DNA from: Lama glama
Taxonomy: Eukaryota
Length of the DNA stretch: 64,000 nucleotides
Direction of reading: 5' to 3'
NCBI GenBank assembly: GCA_028534125.1
Contig: CM052817.1
Location: 39,682,001-39,746,000, forward strand
Of this stretch, positions 26,214 through 38,164 are shown piece after piece (position 1 is the stretch's first letter; the number at the start of each line of letters is the position of its first letter). Under the pieces are notes generated by a model. That model worked only from the letters and a program-made list of their open reading frames with translations. It was not told the origin of the DNA and ran no database searches. The position numbers and the translations under genes are program-made.

Positions 26214-27676
26214 TCCGTTCTGTAGATGTAAACTTCACATTTGCAATTTGTCAAGACTGCTCTCTTCACGGATGCCAATCTCAGCTCAACACAGCGGGCA
26301 CCTCTCCAGCTTCTGTGCTTCCTCAGCAGCAGTATGGCCTTACTGTGCCCTGGATCTTAGGAGTTCTAACCCTCTTACATATGTGCACTCCGTCGTTGGA
26401 GCACTTCCAGTCTGCCTACAAACCTGGTGTAAGAATTTTAGTATCGTGACTCTGTCAGCTTCTGCATTATAGCTTTTTTGTTCATTACTCATCCATGAGA
26501 TAGCAGATGTTCAAATAAGTTTCCTCCCAAAACCTTACTCCGGGCTTAGGCTCATGAAACCTGGTCACTGCCTCACTTGGGGTAAGTCCTCTCTCACAAG
26601 GCTCCCCTGCACCTCATGCAAATAGACTTCTGTCAGACCCGCTGACCCGACGACCAACACAGCTGGTGTCCTCATAGCTTGCCCAGTCCACAGGAGTCAC
26701 CGTCCACAGCTTGGTGTTCTTTTCTGGTAGGAAGTGAGCATAAAAATCACCTTCTAAACAGAGAGAAGTCTCATTCTGCCCAGTTGATAGCTATAATTTT
26801 CAAAAGACTGAATTCCCAGTTGCCTTTGCAATCAAAAGAATCATCTAAGCAGAATTCAACCACGGGAGGGGGAATTCAGCACATCTATTATCTGGCCTGT
26901 GACCAGTTTCCAGCTGCCCAATAAGGAGGACAGGACATAAATTTGCTGTGCTGCCCAAGGCAGGTACTTCAGAACGTCTCTCTTCTCCTTGAGCACAAAC
27001 CTGGCCTTAGTTGTACCTGCTTCCTGCCCTCATCTCGGCCAGAACACTTGAGGAAGATTAATCCTCGACCCCAGGATGACTTTCCCTAGTGCAGGAAGGC
27101 AGTGGAACTGCCGTGTGGAGAAAAGTGGGTCTGTGCAAACAAGGCTGCTCCCACTGCCCATCACCTGCCCACGGGGTCTTCCTTCCACTTTCCATCCTGG
27201 TTCTCAGCCGAAGACAGCAGACAGCCCTCAGAGGAGAGAATAAAGAATAAACTATATCCCAGAGGAATCCCAGGAAGAAACTTACTAGTTCTGGTGAAAC
27301 CCTGGATCAGCTGGTTTTTAACCCAGATCAAATTTGAATCCTAAGGAATTTATCAAATGGATACTTTATGCTTTAAATCTGTGTATCAGCTAGAAAATGG
27401 TTCTCATAATTATAGTACACGTCCATAAAAGGAGAACTTTAGTTCAGGAGGAAAAAAGATTGTGTAAACTGATAAAAGAAAGAACTACTGAGTGTTATTT
27501 CGTCACGGCAAGTAAATGAGACAGCTGTCGTTATTAACGTAAGGACCGTGTACCTAGCTACTCTTTACTGAGAGCTATGTACCAAGAATTGAGCTAAATT
27601 TCTTATATTATCTTACTTAATCTGAATAGCTAAACCAGCATGAAGGAATTGTGCCCCTGTTCACAATAAGAAGATG

Positions 27677-27820
27677 TGGAGAAGGTAAATCTCAGTGGTA
27701 GAGCACATGCTTAGCACCCATGAGGTCCTGGGTTCAGTCCCCAGTACCTTCATTTAAAATAATAGCAATAAATAAATATACCTAACTACCTCCCCCCTCC
27801 CCAAAAGTCAGAAACAAACA
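27677..27820 (+). mobile_element. Vic-1-like SINE inserted into a minus-strand MIR (~27545-27900)
   Basis: ctcagtggtagagcacatgcttagcacccatgaggtcctgggttcagtccccagtacc. Perfect 12-bp TSD aataagaagatg at 27665-27676 and 27821-27832. Confidence 0.9.
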
Positions 27821-28747
27821 AATAAGAAGATGGAGGTTTGCAGGGATTAAGTCAATTGCCCCAGGTTACACAGCCAGAAAGCCATGGGAAAGGGGATTCT
27901 GACTCTGCCTGTAGCCTCTACTCGTTGGCCACTGGCCACTTTTCACATCTTCATGACAAAAATCAGGACAGACATCCTGCTTTCTCCTCCTTCTGTTGGT
28001 AACTATAATCTGTGCCAGGTCTCGCCCATCCTGAGAGCCCACCTTTTTACCGACTCGGCTGAATTCCTGGGGCCTCCTGTCTGAAGACCCTCACCCCAGC
28101 AGCCTGGTTTCTTTGCAGGTAGGATGCCTATCTGGCAAGCTCACAGTTCCCTTCCCTCAGATTCAAGGCCACTTCAACCTGGACGCACTTCTCACACGTC
28201 ACAGGCCTGTGTCCTCAGGCTGCTTCTCACTCAATGTTGGAGACAAATACATAAAAGATTCCCACTTATTTCCATCTTCTGGGTTTTCAGTAATGCCCGA
28301 TGTAGCCTTCGGTAACACCCAAGTCTCATCTGGAATTGAGGACAAACTCCTTCTGACTCGGGGATTTACTTGCCTGTTTTTATCTTCTTAGATACTCAGT
28401 AAACAGCGAGTTATTTGCAGGGCATTTCTGAACTCTAGGTATTTTATTTTTCACTAGGCAAGAAATATCTGAGCAGAGACCACCTCCATGCTGAGACGAC
28501 TGTCCCCTCCTGGGACGCTCGGGACCCATGGATGTGCTGCTTCGGCACTGGCTTCCGCAGGCGTGACTGCTGCTGCTGGAGACAGGACTCACCAGTGACC
28601 TGGGAAGAAAGCTCGTCGGGAGCAGATTTGTTTTGCTGATCTGTCCTTGGAAGCCCTTTATACAGTCAGTGCTCAAAATACAGCTGTTGAGTTGAATTTT
28701 ACCTTTCTCTCATCCAGAAACAAAGTCCAGAGGAAACCCATTCTCAA

Positions 28748-28857
28748 AAGTGACCCAACTCATCCTGATTTGCCAGGCTTTCCCGGGTGTGTCCCTGAAA
28801 GTCGCGGGTCCTGGGAGCTCCCTTAGTTTAGGCAAACTGGGATGGCAGGTCTCACTG
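28748..28857. mobile_element. MER94-like hAT-Blackjack MITE
   Basis: gtgacccaactcatcctgatttgcc ... ctgaaagtc ... ggcaaactgggatggcaggtctcac, with inverted ends. Confidence 0.7.
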
Positions 28858-30231
28858 TCCCCCTCTGGCACACATCCATCTACTTAAGTGTCATTCCTCC
28901 CACCTGTCTGAGGGAATACTCGGAGGAAAGAAGACAATTATCACACATACACATTTGGAGTTTTCCAGAAAAACATAAAATGGAAACTAACATAGGTGTA
29001 GACACATAAATAGCCACAAGATAAACTTTAAAAGAAAACCTGGTTTTAGCCCTGAAGATATTTCTTTTCTATTTCTTTTAAAGAGATAAATACAGTTATT
29101 ATATCATAACTATTGAAGACACAGTAATTAGGTATCATAGTTGAGGGTGAGATGTTGAGGGTGTAGTTGAGGTGAGATGATGGGGAAAGAAGACCCTTGA
29201 TTGTGTCCTGTCGTCTCTTAGAGCTGCCATGTCATGTGAACCAAACAGCACCTGTGTGATTTTAGCAGCATACTGTGCACATGGTTAAAAAAAAATCAAT
29301 TTTTCTTAAGAGCCAAAGGGTTAAGGAGAGGTCGCAGGCACAATTGGAGAGCCTAAAAGCCAGATATTATTTTTGTGAGACTATAATAGCCTGGTGATCA
29401 GTTCAAGAAAATCACAGTCATTCAAGATGATGTCTTACATGTACTGGCTTCTCTGTAAAATGAATTTACCTTTTCATTATTATTTACTGAGTGAGCCAGT
29501 ATTTCATTTGTATGGATTTTATCCAGCAACTAGGGGGGAAAAAAACACAGAAAATCTAATAAAAAGATGAAGCAGCTGTACAATATTTTGAGTCTGTATC
29601 CTGCCTTTTGAGGTCACATTGCTGTCTTTTTTATGATGTTCGCTTTAGAAAATGAAAAAACGTGTACATATGGAGGTATGCATTTTGCGTATTACAAATT
29701 CGACCTGACAAGCATAAGACATACTTACCAGGAATGACAGCAACAAAATAGTGACAAAAATAAAATCACAACGTTACAGGGTTTGTCATTTGAGTAACAA
29801 TGTAGACTCTTGTCTGCCTGGTATAGGCATTTCAGTGCTGCCATTTCAGGATGGGTGGTGGGAACACAAGACAGTTAGAACTGGCACATGGTGCCATTTC
29901 CCATGAGAAGGGGACCTCTGGAAAGCATGTTCTTTAGCAAATCCTCTCCTCTTGAAAGGAGCTGTCACTAAAGCCCCAAACTTTCCATTTCTCATCATCC
30001 ACTGTTAATTCCTAGGTGACAGGGAGCTTCTCAATTAAACATTTTGTTTATACTATCATTGTATAGTGCTGTCAGCCAGGTCAAGGTTTACGAAAAAGTC
30101 TTTAAAAATTAAAATCTCTTATGCAATGATTTCCCATCCTGAGCACTCCAGGAGGCTGCAGTGTCACTGCAAAGGGTCTATGACTTTACTTTGGATTTTC
30201 CCAATTAATAGATACTAAAAATATAGCCACT

Positions 30232-30851
30232 GGAAGCAACCCAAGTGTCCATTCACAAATGAGTGGATAAGCAAAATGTGGTACATACATGCAATGGAAT
30301 AGTAGTCAGTCTTTAAAATGAAGAAAATTATGACATATACTACAACATGGATAAAACTTGAAGACATTATGCTAAGTGAAATAAACCAGTCACAAAAAGA
30401 CAAATATCGTAAGATTCCACTTATATGAGGTACTTAGAGTAGTCAAATTCACGGAAACAAAAAGTAGAATGGTGACTACCAGGGGCTGGGGGATGGAATG
30501 AGGAATGTTGTTTAATAGGTATAGAGTTGCAGTTTCACAAGATGAAAAAAGTTCTGGAGATGGATGGTGGTGATGGCTGTACAACATTGCAAATGTATTT
30601 AATACCACTGAAATGTACACTTAAAAATGGTTAAGATGGAAATTGACACAGCATTGTAAACTGAGTATACTTCAATAAAAATATATACATATATTTTAAA
30701 ATAACACTCTGATCTAGAAAGTCTGTTGTCCCTGAGTTTATGGGCATCTGTGTAGAAAATAAAATTAACTTCCTACTGACTTCTCAAGAAAAATGGTTAT
30801 GATGGTAAATTTTATGTTATGTGTATTTTACCACAATTTAAAAATTGGGGG
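30232..30851 (+). mobile_element. L1MB3-like LINE-1 3' end, interrupted at 30640-30788
   Basis: ggaagcaacccaagtgtccatt ... gacattatgctaagtgaaataa ... tgtacacttaaaaatggttaagatgg // taaattttatgttatgtgtattttaccacaat. Degenerate TSD aaaaatatagccact (30217-30231) / aaaaaatataagctact (30852-30868). Confidence 0.9.
30640..30788 (+). mobile_element. Younger L1 3' tip plus a putative 3'-transduced segment
   Basis: 17-bp TSD with 1 mismatch (30623-30639 and 30789-30805) at a TT/AAAAA site. The first ~40 bp resemble the L1 termini at 49670 and 62721. Two AATAAA hexamers at 30674 and 30758. Confidence 0.8.
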
Positions 30852-30892
30852 AAAAAATATAAGCTACTATCATGTAAGGTTCCTTAAACTTT

Positions 30893-30931
30893 ATTTATAT
30901 ATTTATTTATTTTTGGTGCCGAAACCCGGGA
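30893..30931 (-). pseudogene. Retroposed 18-nt 3' fragment of mature tRNA-Phe(GAA) with CCA and an A-rich tail
   Basis: Minus strand of 30914-30931 reads TCCCGGGTTTCGGCACCA, followed by aaaataaataaatatataaat. Flanking repeats ccttaaacttt (30882-30892) and cctaataaacttt (30932-30944). TTTTT/AA site at 30942-30948. Confidence 0.75.
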
Positions 30932-30989
30932 CCTAATAAACTTTTTAACACAGCAACAGAGTCCTCATACTGAAAAAGGTCAGAAGCAC

Positions 30990-31150
30990 AGTCTAGTGGG
31001 AAAAGTATGGGTGGGAAACATAGAAGTTGGGTTTTTATCCTATCTTGGACACTAACCAGCTTTTGGAGCCTAAGCAAGTCATCTGTCTTCTCAATGCCTC
31101 AGTCTCTACATCGGATAAATGAGGAAAGGGCAGTATAAAAATACCCTTCA
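30990..31150 (+). mobile_element. MIR SINE fragment
   Basis: gtctagtgggaaaag ... aagcaagtcat ... gcctcagtctctacatcggataaatgagg. Confidence 0.6.
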
Positions 31151-33139
31151 AAGGAGATAGCTATGATTTATCCAGCCTGCTACCCCATTGCTAGTAATTA
31201 CTACCCCAGTTGTGAAATTAGCAATATTCATTTCTCAAGTAAGTACCAAATCGAACTGGAGCCATATTTATGAACCCCCAATTCACGGATTAGTGGTGTT
31301 CATTCTAGTCCTATCGCTGGTTGCCAATACTCGACCACGTTGTGGCTCCCTAACTCCTCAACTGCTTTGTGAGCAGTGGAAAGTTTACCTGTTAATGACA
31401 TTGCTTCAGCATCCGACTACCTGAAGTGGTATATTCCCTTTTAATCCACGAGCCATCTGGGTGTCTGTACTCCCCAGATCCAGAGTCATGGAGGCAGCCT
31501 GAACCTTATGGGTCCGTGAGGAAAGAGTCAACAGTATTCCATCCTCACAGGATGCCAGAGTAGAGGAAGAAGCTGGGCCATATCAAACCAGGGTGGGAAC
31601 GTGGGACAGGCATTGGATTGTTTCCACACCAGTTATTACCAGACCTCCACTCTCATACACCTATTGCTGATTTCCCCTAATTTGAGAACTGAAGCTAAAT
31701 CCTAAATCTTAGCTCAGGCTGAAAATCAAAATTCAAGTTAAAAATCAACAATAAAATCTGCAGTAATTCTAAGCAATAGTCATCTTTGAAGCAACATAGC
31801 ACTTGTCCCCTTCAAAGATAACTTTCAGAAATTCAATACTAAAAACCTATTTGAAACCACAGCTCTGTGGCCCATCTAGATAGATATAAAATAACATTAT
31901 TGTTTGTATGAAATAACATTAAGGAGGGAAAAATGGAATATAAAATGGTATTTTTAAGACAAAGCAATCAATTGATTATAACTATGCAGAATGCGTATAT
32001 GCACGTTAATGAAGATAGGTTATTTTGAATAACAAAAATGGTTTAATATTTACTATTTTGGGTAAATTTGTTTCAGTTTGGAAGGAAATTAGAAGGGAAG
32101 AAAGAGATATGCAGAAAGATTCAACGCAACTTAAGTGGAACCAGTTTCAAACAAGTGACCCTGTAAGACTAGCCCATAAAAAGCTCCCTTAGGAACCTCT
32201 GACATTTTTAGGGTCAAATATCCGTACTTCAGTGGCCATTTCATTATCTAAATCCAGTGTCATCTTCATCATATGCTCCATCTCCCTTATTTTTGTTGTT
32301 CTTGGCTCGCCCAGATCAGAAGCTGCAAGTAGGCAGAGAACAAAAAGTGCAGCCCCACTGAAAATGGGAAAAAAGCCCCAATATTCAGTGGGACGGTATC
32401 ATCTATCAGAGCTGGAGGGGCACGAAGCCCATCGTGAGAGTAGGATCTCTGCCATATGTTAATGCTGACCTTCTCTGGAGCAACGTGCTCTCTTTAGCTT
32501 CTACACATGTCTAATCACTAGGGATTTGTCTAGCTACACGAATTTTTCACATTTGTCAGCTAAATCAGTGCTCCAAATGCACAATGCAGCACTTAGAAAC
32601 ATTATGTGAATTTATTAAATTCTCTGGAGGACTTTGGGTCCATAAAGCAGTAAATTGATTACAGGGAGCCGAGGCCATAATATTTTCATCAGCAACAAAA
32701 GCAGTCGTGCTTTCATATTGTCCATGGCACATGAAGAGAAACTGTTCTTCACTTCACTTAAGCCAGCAGGCTGAGACTCACACAGCAAACGAGGAGGCTC
32801 CGGGACGCACCAGCACCATCAGCTGCTTTTAGAATGCCAGATTTCCGGTGCACCAGTTACAAGAACATGTGAGAAATACAAATGGCCTCTTTCTACTCTA
32901 GATTTGCCTACGAATGCTTTTAGAATTAGCTGTTAAGATCATCTGTCCATTGACTTTACCATGAAATTGTCTATTGACATTGCCATCAAAATGAGGCGCA
33001 TTAATAGCAAGCAAAGAGGAGATGCTGGGTCGATGGTGATGACATAATTTTGGTACCCAACATCCTCATATGTTGTCTGATGACCACATGACTGACTACT
33101 AACATCCACTTCCAAAGACGGAAGGGACAAGCCTTACGT

Positions 33140-33350
33140 TTTCTTGGGTGTCTCATATGCCAGGCATTATTGTGGGTGCTTTCCCGTATGTAATCCTATT
33201 TCAAGCATTGCAACAACCTTGTGAGCTAAGAATTATAATTTCTGTTTTTAAGTGAGAAAACCAAGGCTTATAGTAGTTAAATAAAGTGTCCCAATCACAG
33301 AGCTGATACGTGGTTAAGCTGGGATCAGAACCAGGCAAAGCTGTCCTTGC
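33140..33350 (-). mobile_element. MIR SINE
   Basis: atgccaggcattattgtgggtgcttt ... caacaaccttgtgag ... gagaaaaccaaggctta ... gctgggatcagaaccaggc. Confidence 0.8.
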
Positions 33351-34584
33351 TCTATGACCCATTTCAAAATAGATGCTGCTTATTTCTTTTAAAAGCTTTG
33401 ACTCTTGCAAAAAGTAATTGGACATCTTTCTGCTGCTGCATAAGGCAACTTTTACTGTCTTTCTGGATGAAGAGGAGAGGATGAACCTGGGGGCAATCTT
33501 GTTAGAGTCTTGGCACAGGAGGTGTCATTTCCAAGCCTTCGCCTAGATTATGACTTTCACCATTTCACTGTGTCTTTGAACCTTCTCTAGGCATCCTGGG
33601 AAAGGATGTGATTATAAAATCCAGGTATAATGAGTGATCATTTTTTAATCTATCACCAGAGTTTCATAAATATCTAAAATGACCACAGTTCTTCCCCGTT
33701 TGAAGGGTGGGAGCACACGAGGCATAATCAGAGGATGAGAAATTCTTACTCCTCTGCAGCCTCCGACTAGGCAAGGTTTCTCTATGAGAGAAGCAGGGAC
33801 TTTGCTGCAGAAAGGACCATGGATTTAGGGAATATGGACTCCTCTTCTTGTACCAGAGCCTTTGGGTTCTTAACTGTGATGGAGAAGAAGTAGGGTCTCC
33901 ATAAGGCCTGAAAACAGCTGGGCTAAAGGCTAACATGGAAGTAAGGGCTCTGTTTTATTAATTTGTGGATTCCCAGTGCTTGGCAGACTGCCTGGTACAG
34001 AGTAGACCCCCAATAAGTGTTTATTAAGTTCAATTGAAATATTAAGATAGCTCAGCAGTTTGTCAAGTTATACATAATGGAGTATTAAAAATTACTTTAT
34101 GAGTTGTTTTTAAATGCAGTCATTTGCAAACATAAATGTATTTCATATGTGGTAATTCACAAAGCTAAGTCCAGCACTTCCCAGTTCATCTTAAAGCTGT
34201 ATATTTAAGCAACTCTTGACCCTATAGCAAAAACTATTCATTAAATCTGAAATTTTCCTGGCATATGTGCCTGACCATAATAGTCCTTCAAAACTGAAAT
34301 TATCCAGGCAATACCAGAGTATATAATCAACTTGGAATTAGCTATTTTTTTTTGTACATTTCTTCTTCCCCATACTACTGGCTACAGTTGTATGAATTAC
34401 AAAGGTTGTATCTCCCTCTGAATTTTTTTGCTTATGGAGAGAGATGGTTGGCTTTTTTCCCCTTATTGCTTGTCTGATGCTAAAACCCTATCAATCCTCC
34501 AGAAACTAATCTAATACATTTTAAGATTAATATTGTGAACTCAAACACAGTCCAAACCCAAAAAGCCTCAATTGTTTCATGAAA

Positions 34585-34618
34585 CAGTACCACCTACTGG
34601 CAAAATTGTCACATTACA
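34585..34618 (-). promoter_or_regulatory. Candidate CTCF site with upstream motif
   Basis: Minus strand TGTAATGTgacaattttGCCAGTAGGTGGTACTG. The core has one mismatch to CCASYAGRKGGCRC. Confidence 0.45.
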
Positions 34619-35230
34619 CCATAATATTCTCAGTCCTGAAATCCATTCAAAATTGCTGAACTCACTTCCTTTGGGCAATTTTAACAAGTAACTTCACAAA
34701 CAGAACTGATTAGGAAAACTTCATACTTAATCAGTTTTTTACTCAATCTTACCTTCATGGAAACTACTCCCTGCTAACAATATTTGTTTTAAAAAGAAAA
34801 ATATCTGATCTCTACCTTTCTTCATTGACCATAAAGTTGGAAAAGACGAGTTCCCTTCAAGTCTGGCACTAGCATCAGATGAATTCAAATCAAGCATTTC
34901 ATGTCTTTGTGTGAAATGAGTTCAGCAGTACTATTCCATGTGTAGTAAATACAAAGCACCAAAACTAGCTTTAATAATAATCAAATCGTTTTTTCACTGT
35001 GAACATTTATTTCTGATCAGAACGTTCATTTAACAAATATTTACTGACCACCCAGGCTTGGGACACCACAGTGAACAGGATCTTGTCCCCACCCACACAG
35101 AGATTATAGCTTAGGAGAAAAACAGACAACCCGTACAATATGGTAGGTTTTATTAAGGAGGAAATAGGGATCTGTGGAACCACAGAGCAAGGTCATCTAA
35201 CATACTCAAGGACGATTCAACACAACTTTC

Positions 35231-35530
35231 TAGTAGGCACTGTTGGCACCCCTCCCATCTCCCCTCAACCCACACTGAAAGTCACATGTAGTTTCAATAG
35301 ATAGTTGTAGCCACACAGATGGTTTTCTACATCAAGTACCTGCATCTGCCTAACTGAGGACTTCTGCTAGGTACAAAATGGGCCAGCCAAAAGTGTCAGG
35401 GAGTTAACATCCCAAAAGCAACACTCAATCAGTGAGGGATGGGAGTTGGTATATAAATACCCCAGCTTCCTTGCCCCCTAACAGGTAATTCTGAGGAGTA
35501 TTCCACTCAGGCTCTTAAGAGGTCCCTCTG
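35231..35530 (+). mobile_element. LTR16C/E-like ERVL LTR, partial
   Basis: aagtgtcagggagttaacatccc ... ctcaatcagtgagggatgggagttggtatataaataccccagcttccttgcccct. Confidence 0.75.
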
Positions 35531-36339
35531 GAAAGTATTCAATTATTATGTTGATAGAACTGTCAGAATTTCAATAGTCTCTACAAATAGTATCCATCTT
35601 TCCCACAAACGTTGTGAGATGATTAAGAAAAAAGATCAAAGAATAAGGTGGATAATGGACTGGATATCACATTGTTAAAACTGGAGGATGTGTCTCATAA
35701 CTTTAGGTAAGTGGATTCCATTATATTCAAACTAAGAATTAAAATACTTATCTTCTGAGTTCCCGGAAATGGACAAGCCTTCCAGAGACAGGAGTATATA
35801 TAGGGAGGGGGGGATCCGAGTAGAAGGCAAGCTTCCCACAGGCAGGCTCTCTCCCAAGAGAAAAGGAGGAGAGTCGGGGCCATACAGTCAGTGACTCCTT
35901 TCACATCCACAGTCAGATAAGCGACTCTTCCTCCAGAGAGGAACAAGCAGGGACCAAAAAGGCCGAAGCGTTTACTAGAAGAGCTCCCTTCACACAGAAC
36001 AAAACATCAGCAATGGGAAGTGTCCCCGACACCCCCAACCCACACGCCATCCCTGTCAACCACACTTTAACATGGTTTTGTCAGTCCCATGGCTCCTCCA
36101 CGGCACCACTGAGTGTAATAAACAGAAACAAAGTCTTTTAATTTCCACACTCCCAATACTCTGTCCAAGTGATACTGGCCTCCAGTTCAGACCAGAGTAA
36201 TCAATTATACGAATAGACAATGATCACTGAATCAATGGTCTTGAAGACATTAATTAATGAATTTTAGCCGTGGAGTGCCTGCCTATAAAAGGCACTGAAG
36301 AAAAGCTGTGCTTTTTCCTGATTTTTCTTTTAACATTTT

Positions 36340-36545
36340 TTGTACCCTTACCAGGTGCTCGTACCACTACACATTTATTAAACCTTCACAATAACCTTAA
36401 GAGGTGGATACTGGTATTACCCCCACTCCTCAGATCAGAAAACTGAGACTGGTTAGAAAATGCGCTGAAAGCCACACAATTAGTAAGAGTGGAGCCAGGA
36501 TTCAAACCTTGGTCAATATTATGTCAAAACCTACGCTCTTATGCA
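36340..36545 (-). mobile_element. MIR SINE
   Basis: ccttcacaataaccttaagaggtgg ... cagaaaactgagact ... ggagccaggattcaaacc. Confidence 0.8.
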
Positions 36546-37479
36546 CTACCTTATCCTTCTCTTCTAATCATTAAGCTAAATGTAGGTCTTAAAATAAATC
36601 ATGCAATTTGCTTTAAATTAGAAATGCCAACGGAACAATGAGCTCTGAAACTAATTAATGATAATGTAAATTGATTCCAATATTGGTTCATGATTAATTA
36701 GCCCTCAAGTGCACAAACCAAACTCTGCTTGGAACACAAGACCAGAAAAACTAGAAAAGGGAAGAAAATGCTCCATCTTTTTAGAGAAATCATTGCCAAG
36801 TATCCTCCTCTCTGGAATTAATCCCAGTAATATCACTAACTTTTTGGGTTTTTACTTATCCCTATTTTCTATATCAGTGAAATTCTCTTATTTCAGTGGT
36901 TTTTATATTCCATAAGCACCACTTGTGAAATATATACAATTCTGAAAAATGCTACAAGTCGAACATATAGGCAATTCACACTGCAGTTACTGGCCCTTAC
37001 TACTTAATATGGTAATTATTTTTTCATGTCTTTAGGTTCAGAAAAGTCAGGGACATATTCCTAGGACCTAAAATGACACTTGACAAATATTAGGGGTTCA
37101 AATAACTGCTTATTTGAATAAATGGATGAATGTCTATGAAATGTTTTTCTTAATGGAAATAGATTGTGGGACCAAGAGTAGCCTCTACATCTAGACCTAA
37201 GAGGAATGCACATCATCTAAAAACCTTAAGCTTGGTGTTGAATTCATTAGCTAATTGAATCTTTGAGTTGTCTCTTCTTGAAGAGAGGGTAAATTTGTGT
37301 TGTTATTTTGTACTTAGGAAAGATAAAGTAATTTGGCACTTTCAGAATTGTATGCACTGGGGCAGGGTATGGATGTGTGGCTGGTGTCCAAGTAGTGTGA
37401 TGTAGTGATCTGGGTTGCTCCTTTAGTTTGCTCATTTGCCCAGCAAGCATTCCCACAGATTCTGTCTCTATAGTAACAT

Positions 37480-37910
37480 ATTCATATTGCCAAGGTCTTT
37501 CTTCCTCCACCCCCCAACAACAGGGGATGATCGCAGACTCAAGCTGTCTGTTCAAGGCGCCCCATTCTCCTATCACATGATTGGTACAAGGCTTGGCATG
37601 TGACCCATATTGAGCCAGAGCCCTCCTTTGGGATTCTTCTATGTGGACCTGAGTCATAACGCAGAAATGATTGGAAATCTGGACTTCTGGCAATACTCTT
37701 CCCTGAAGCAAGAGGGGATAAAACAAGGCAGAAATGAGAAACAGAGGGGTAGGTCCTCGTGATACCGGGTCCTGGATCTCACCTCCAAGGCCTTAGGTGC
37801 GACAGCAACTTCCTCAACTTCCTCAGTCCTTTGAGGTAACACCTTTCTTGCTTAAGCTACTTTGAAATAGGTTTCTGTCACCTGACGCTGGAAGAGACCT
37901 GATTAATATA
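37480..37910 (+). mobile_element. Old MLT1 (J/K/L-type) MaLR LTR
   Basis: tgattggtacaaggcttggcatgtgacccat ... cttgcttaagctactttgaaataggtttctgtcac ... cctgattaatata. Confidence 0.7.
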
Positions 37911-37939
37911 CCATCGCCAGATAATGTAATCTCCTAAAC

Positions 37940-38069
37940 TTTTTATTGTTTTTTTTTAATTTTGGGGGAGGTTATGTTTACTTACTTTTTAATAGGAGGT
38001 ACTGGGGTTTGAACCCGGGACCTCACACACACTAAGCATGTGCTCCACCATTTGAGCTATACCTCCCCT
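37940..38069 (-). mobile_element. Vic-1-like SINE
   Basis: ggaggtactggggtttgaacccgggacctc ... ctaagcatgtgctccaccatttgagctatacctcccc, preceded by a T-rich tail. Confidence 0.9.
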
Positions 38070-38129
38070 ACATACACTTACACTTTTTAAACACAATCTT
38101 TCTGGGAAGTTGAAGATGAGTTGAATTCA

Positions 38130-38164
38130 CTACATTCATAATGTTGACCACAAGATGGCACCTA
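38130..38164 (+). promoter_or_regulatory. Candidate CTCF site with upstream motif
   Basis: ctacattcataatgtTGACCACAAGATGGCACCTA is a close match to the CTCF core. Confidence 0.55.

Noticed and set aside
30914..30931. Primer binding site of an intact tRNA-Phe-primed ERV
   Set aside because: No LTR ending in CA lies upstream and no retroviral leader downstream. It is preceded by a T-rich tail and enclosed by direct repeats. Kept only as an alternative explanation.
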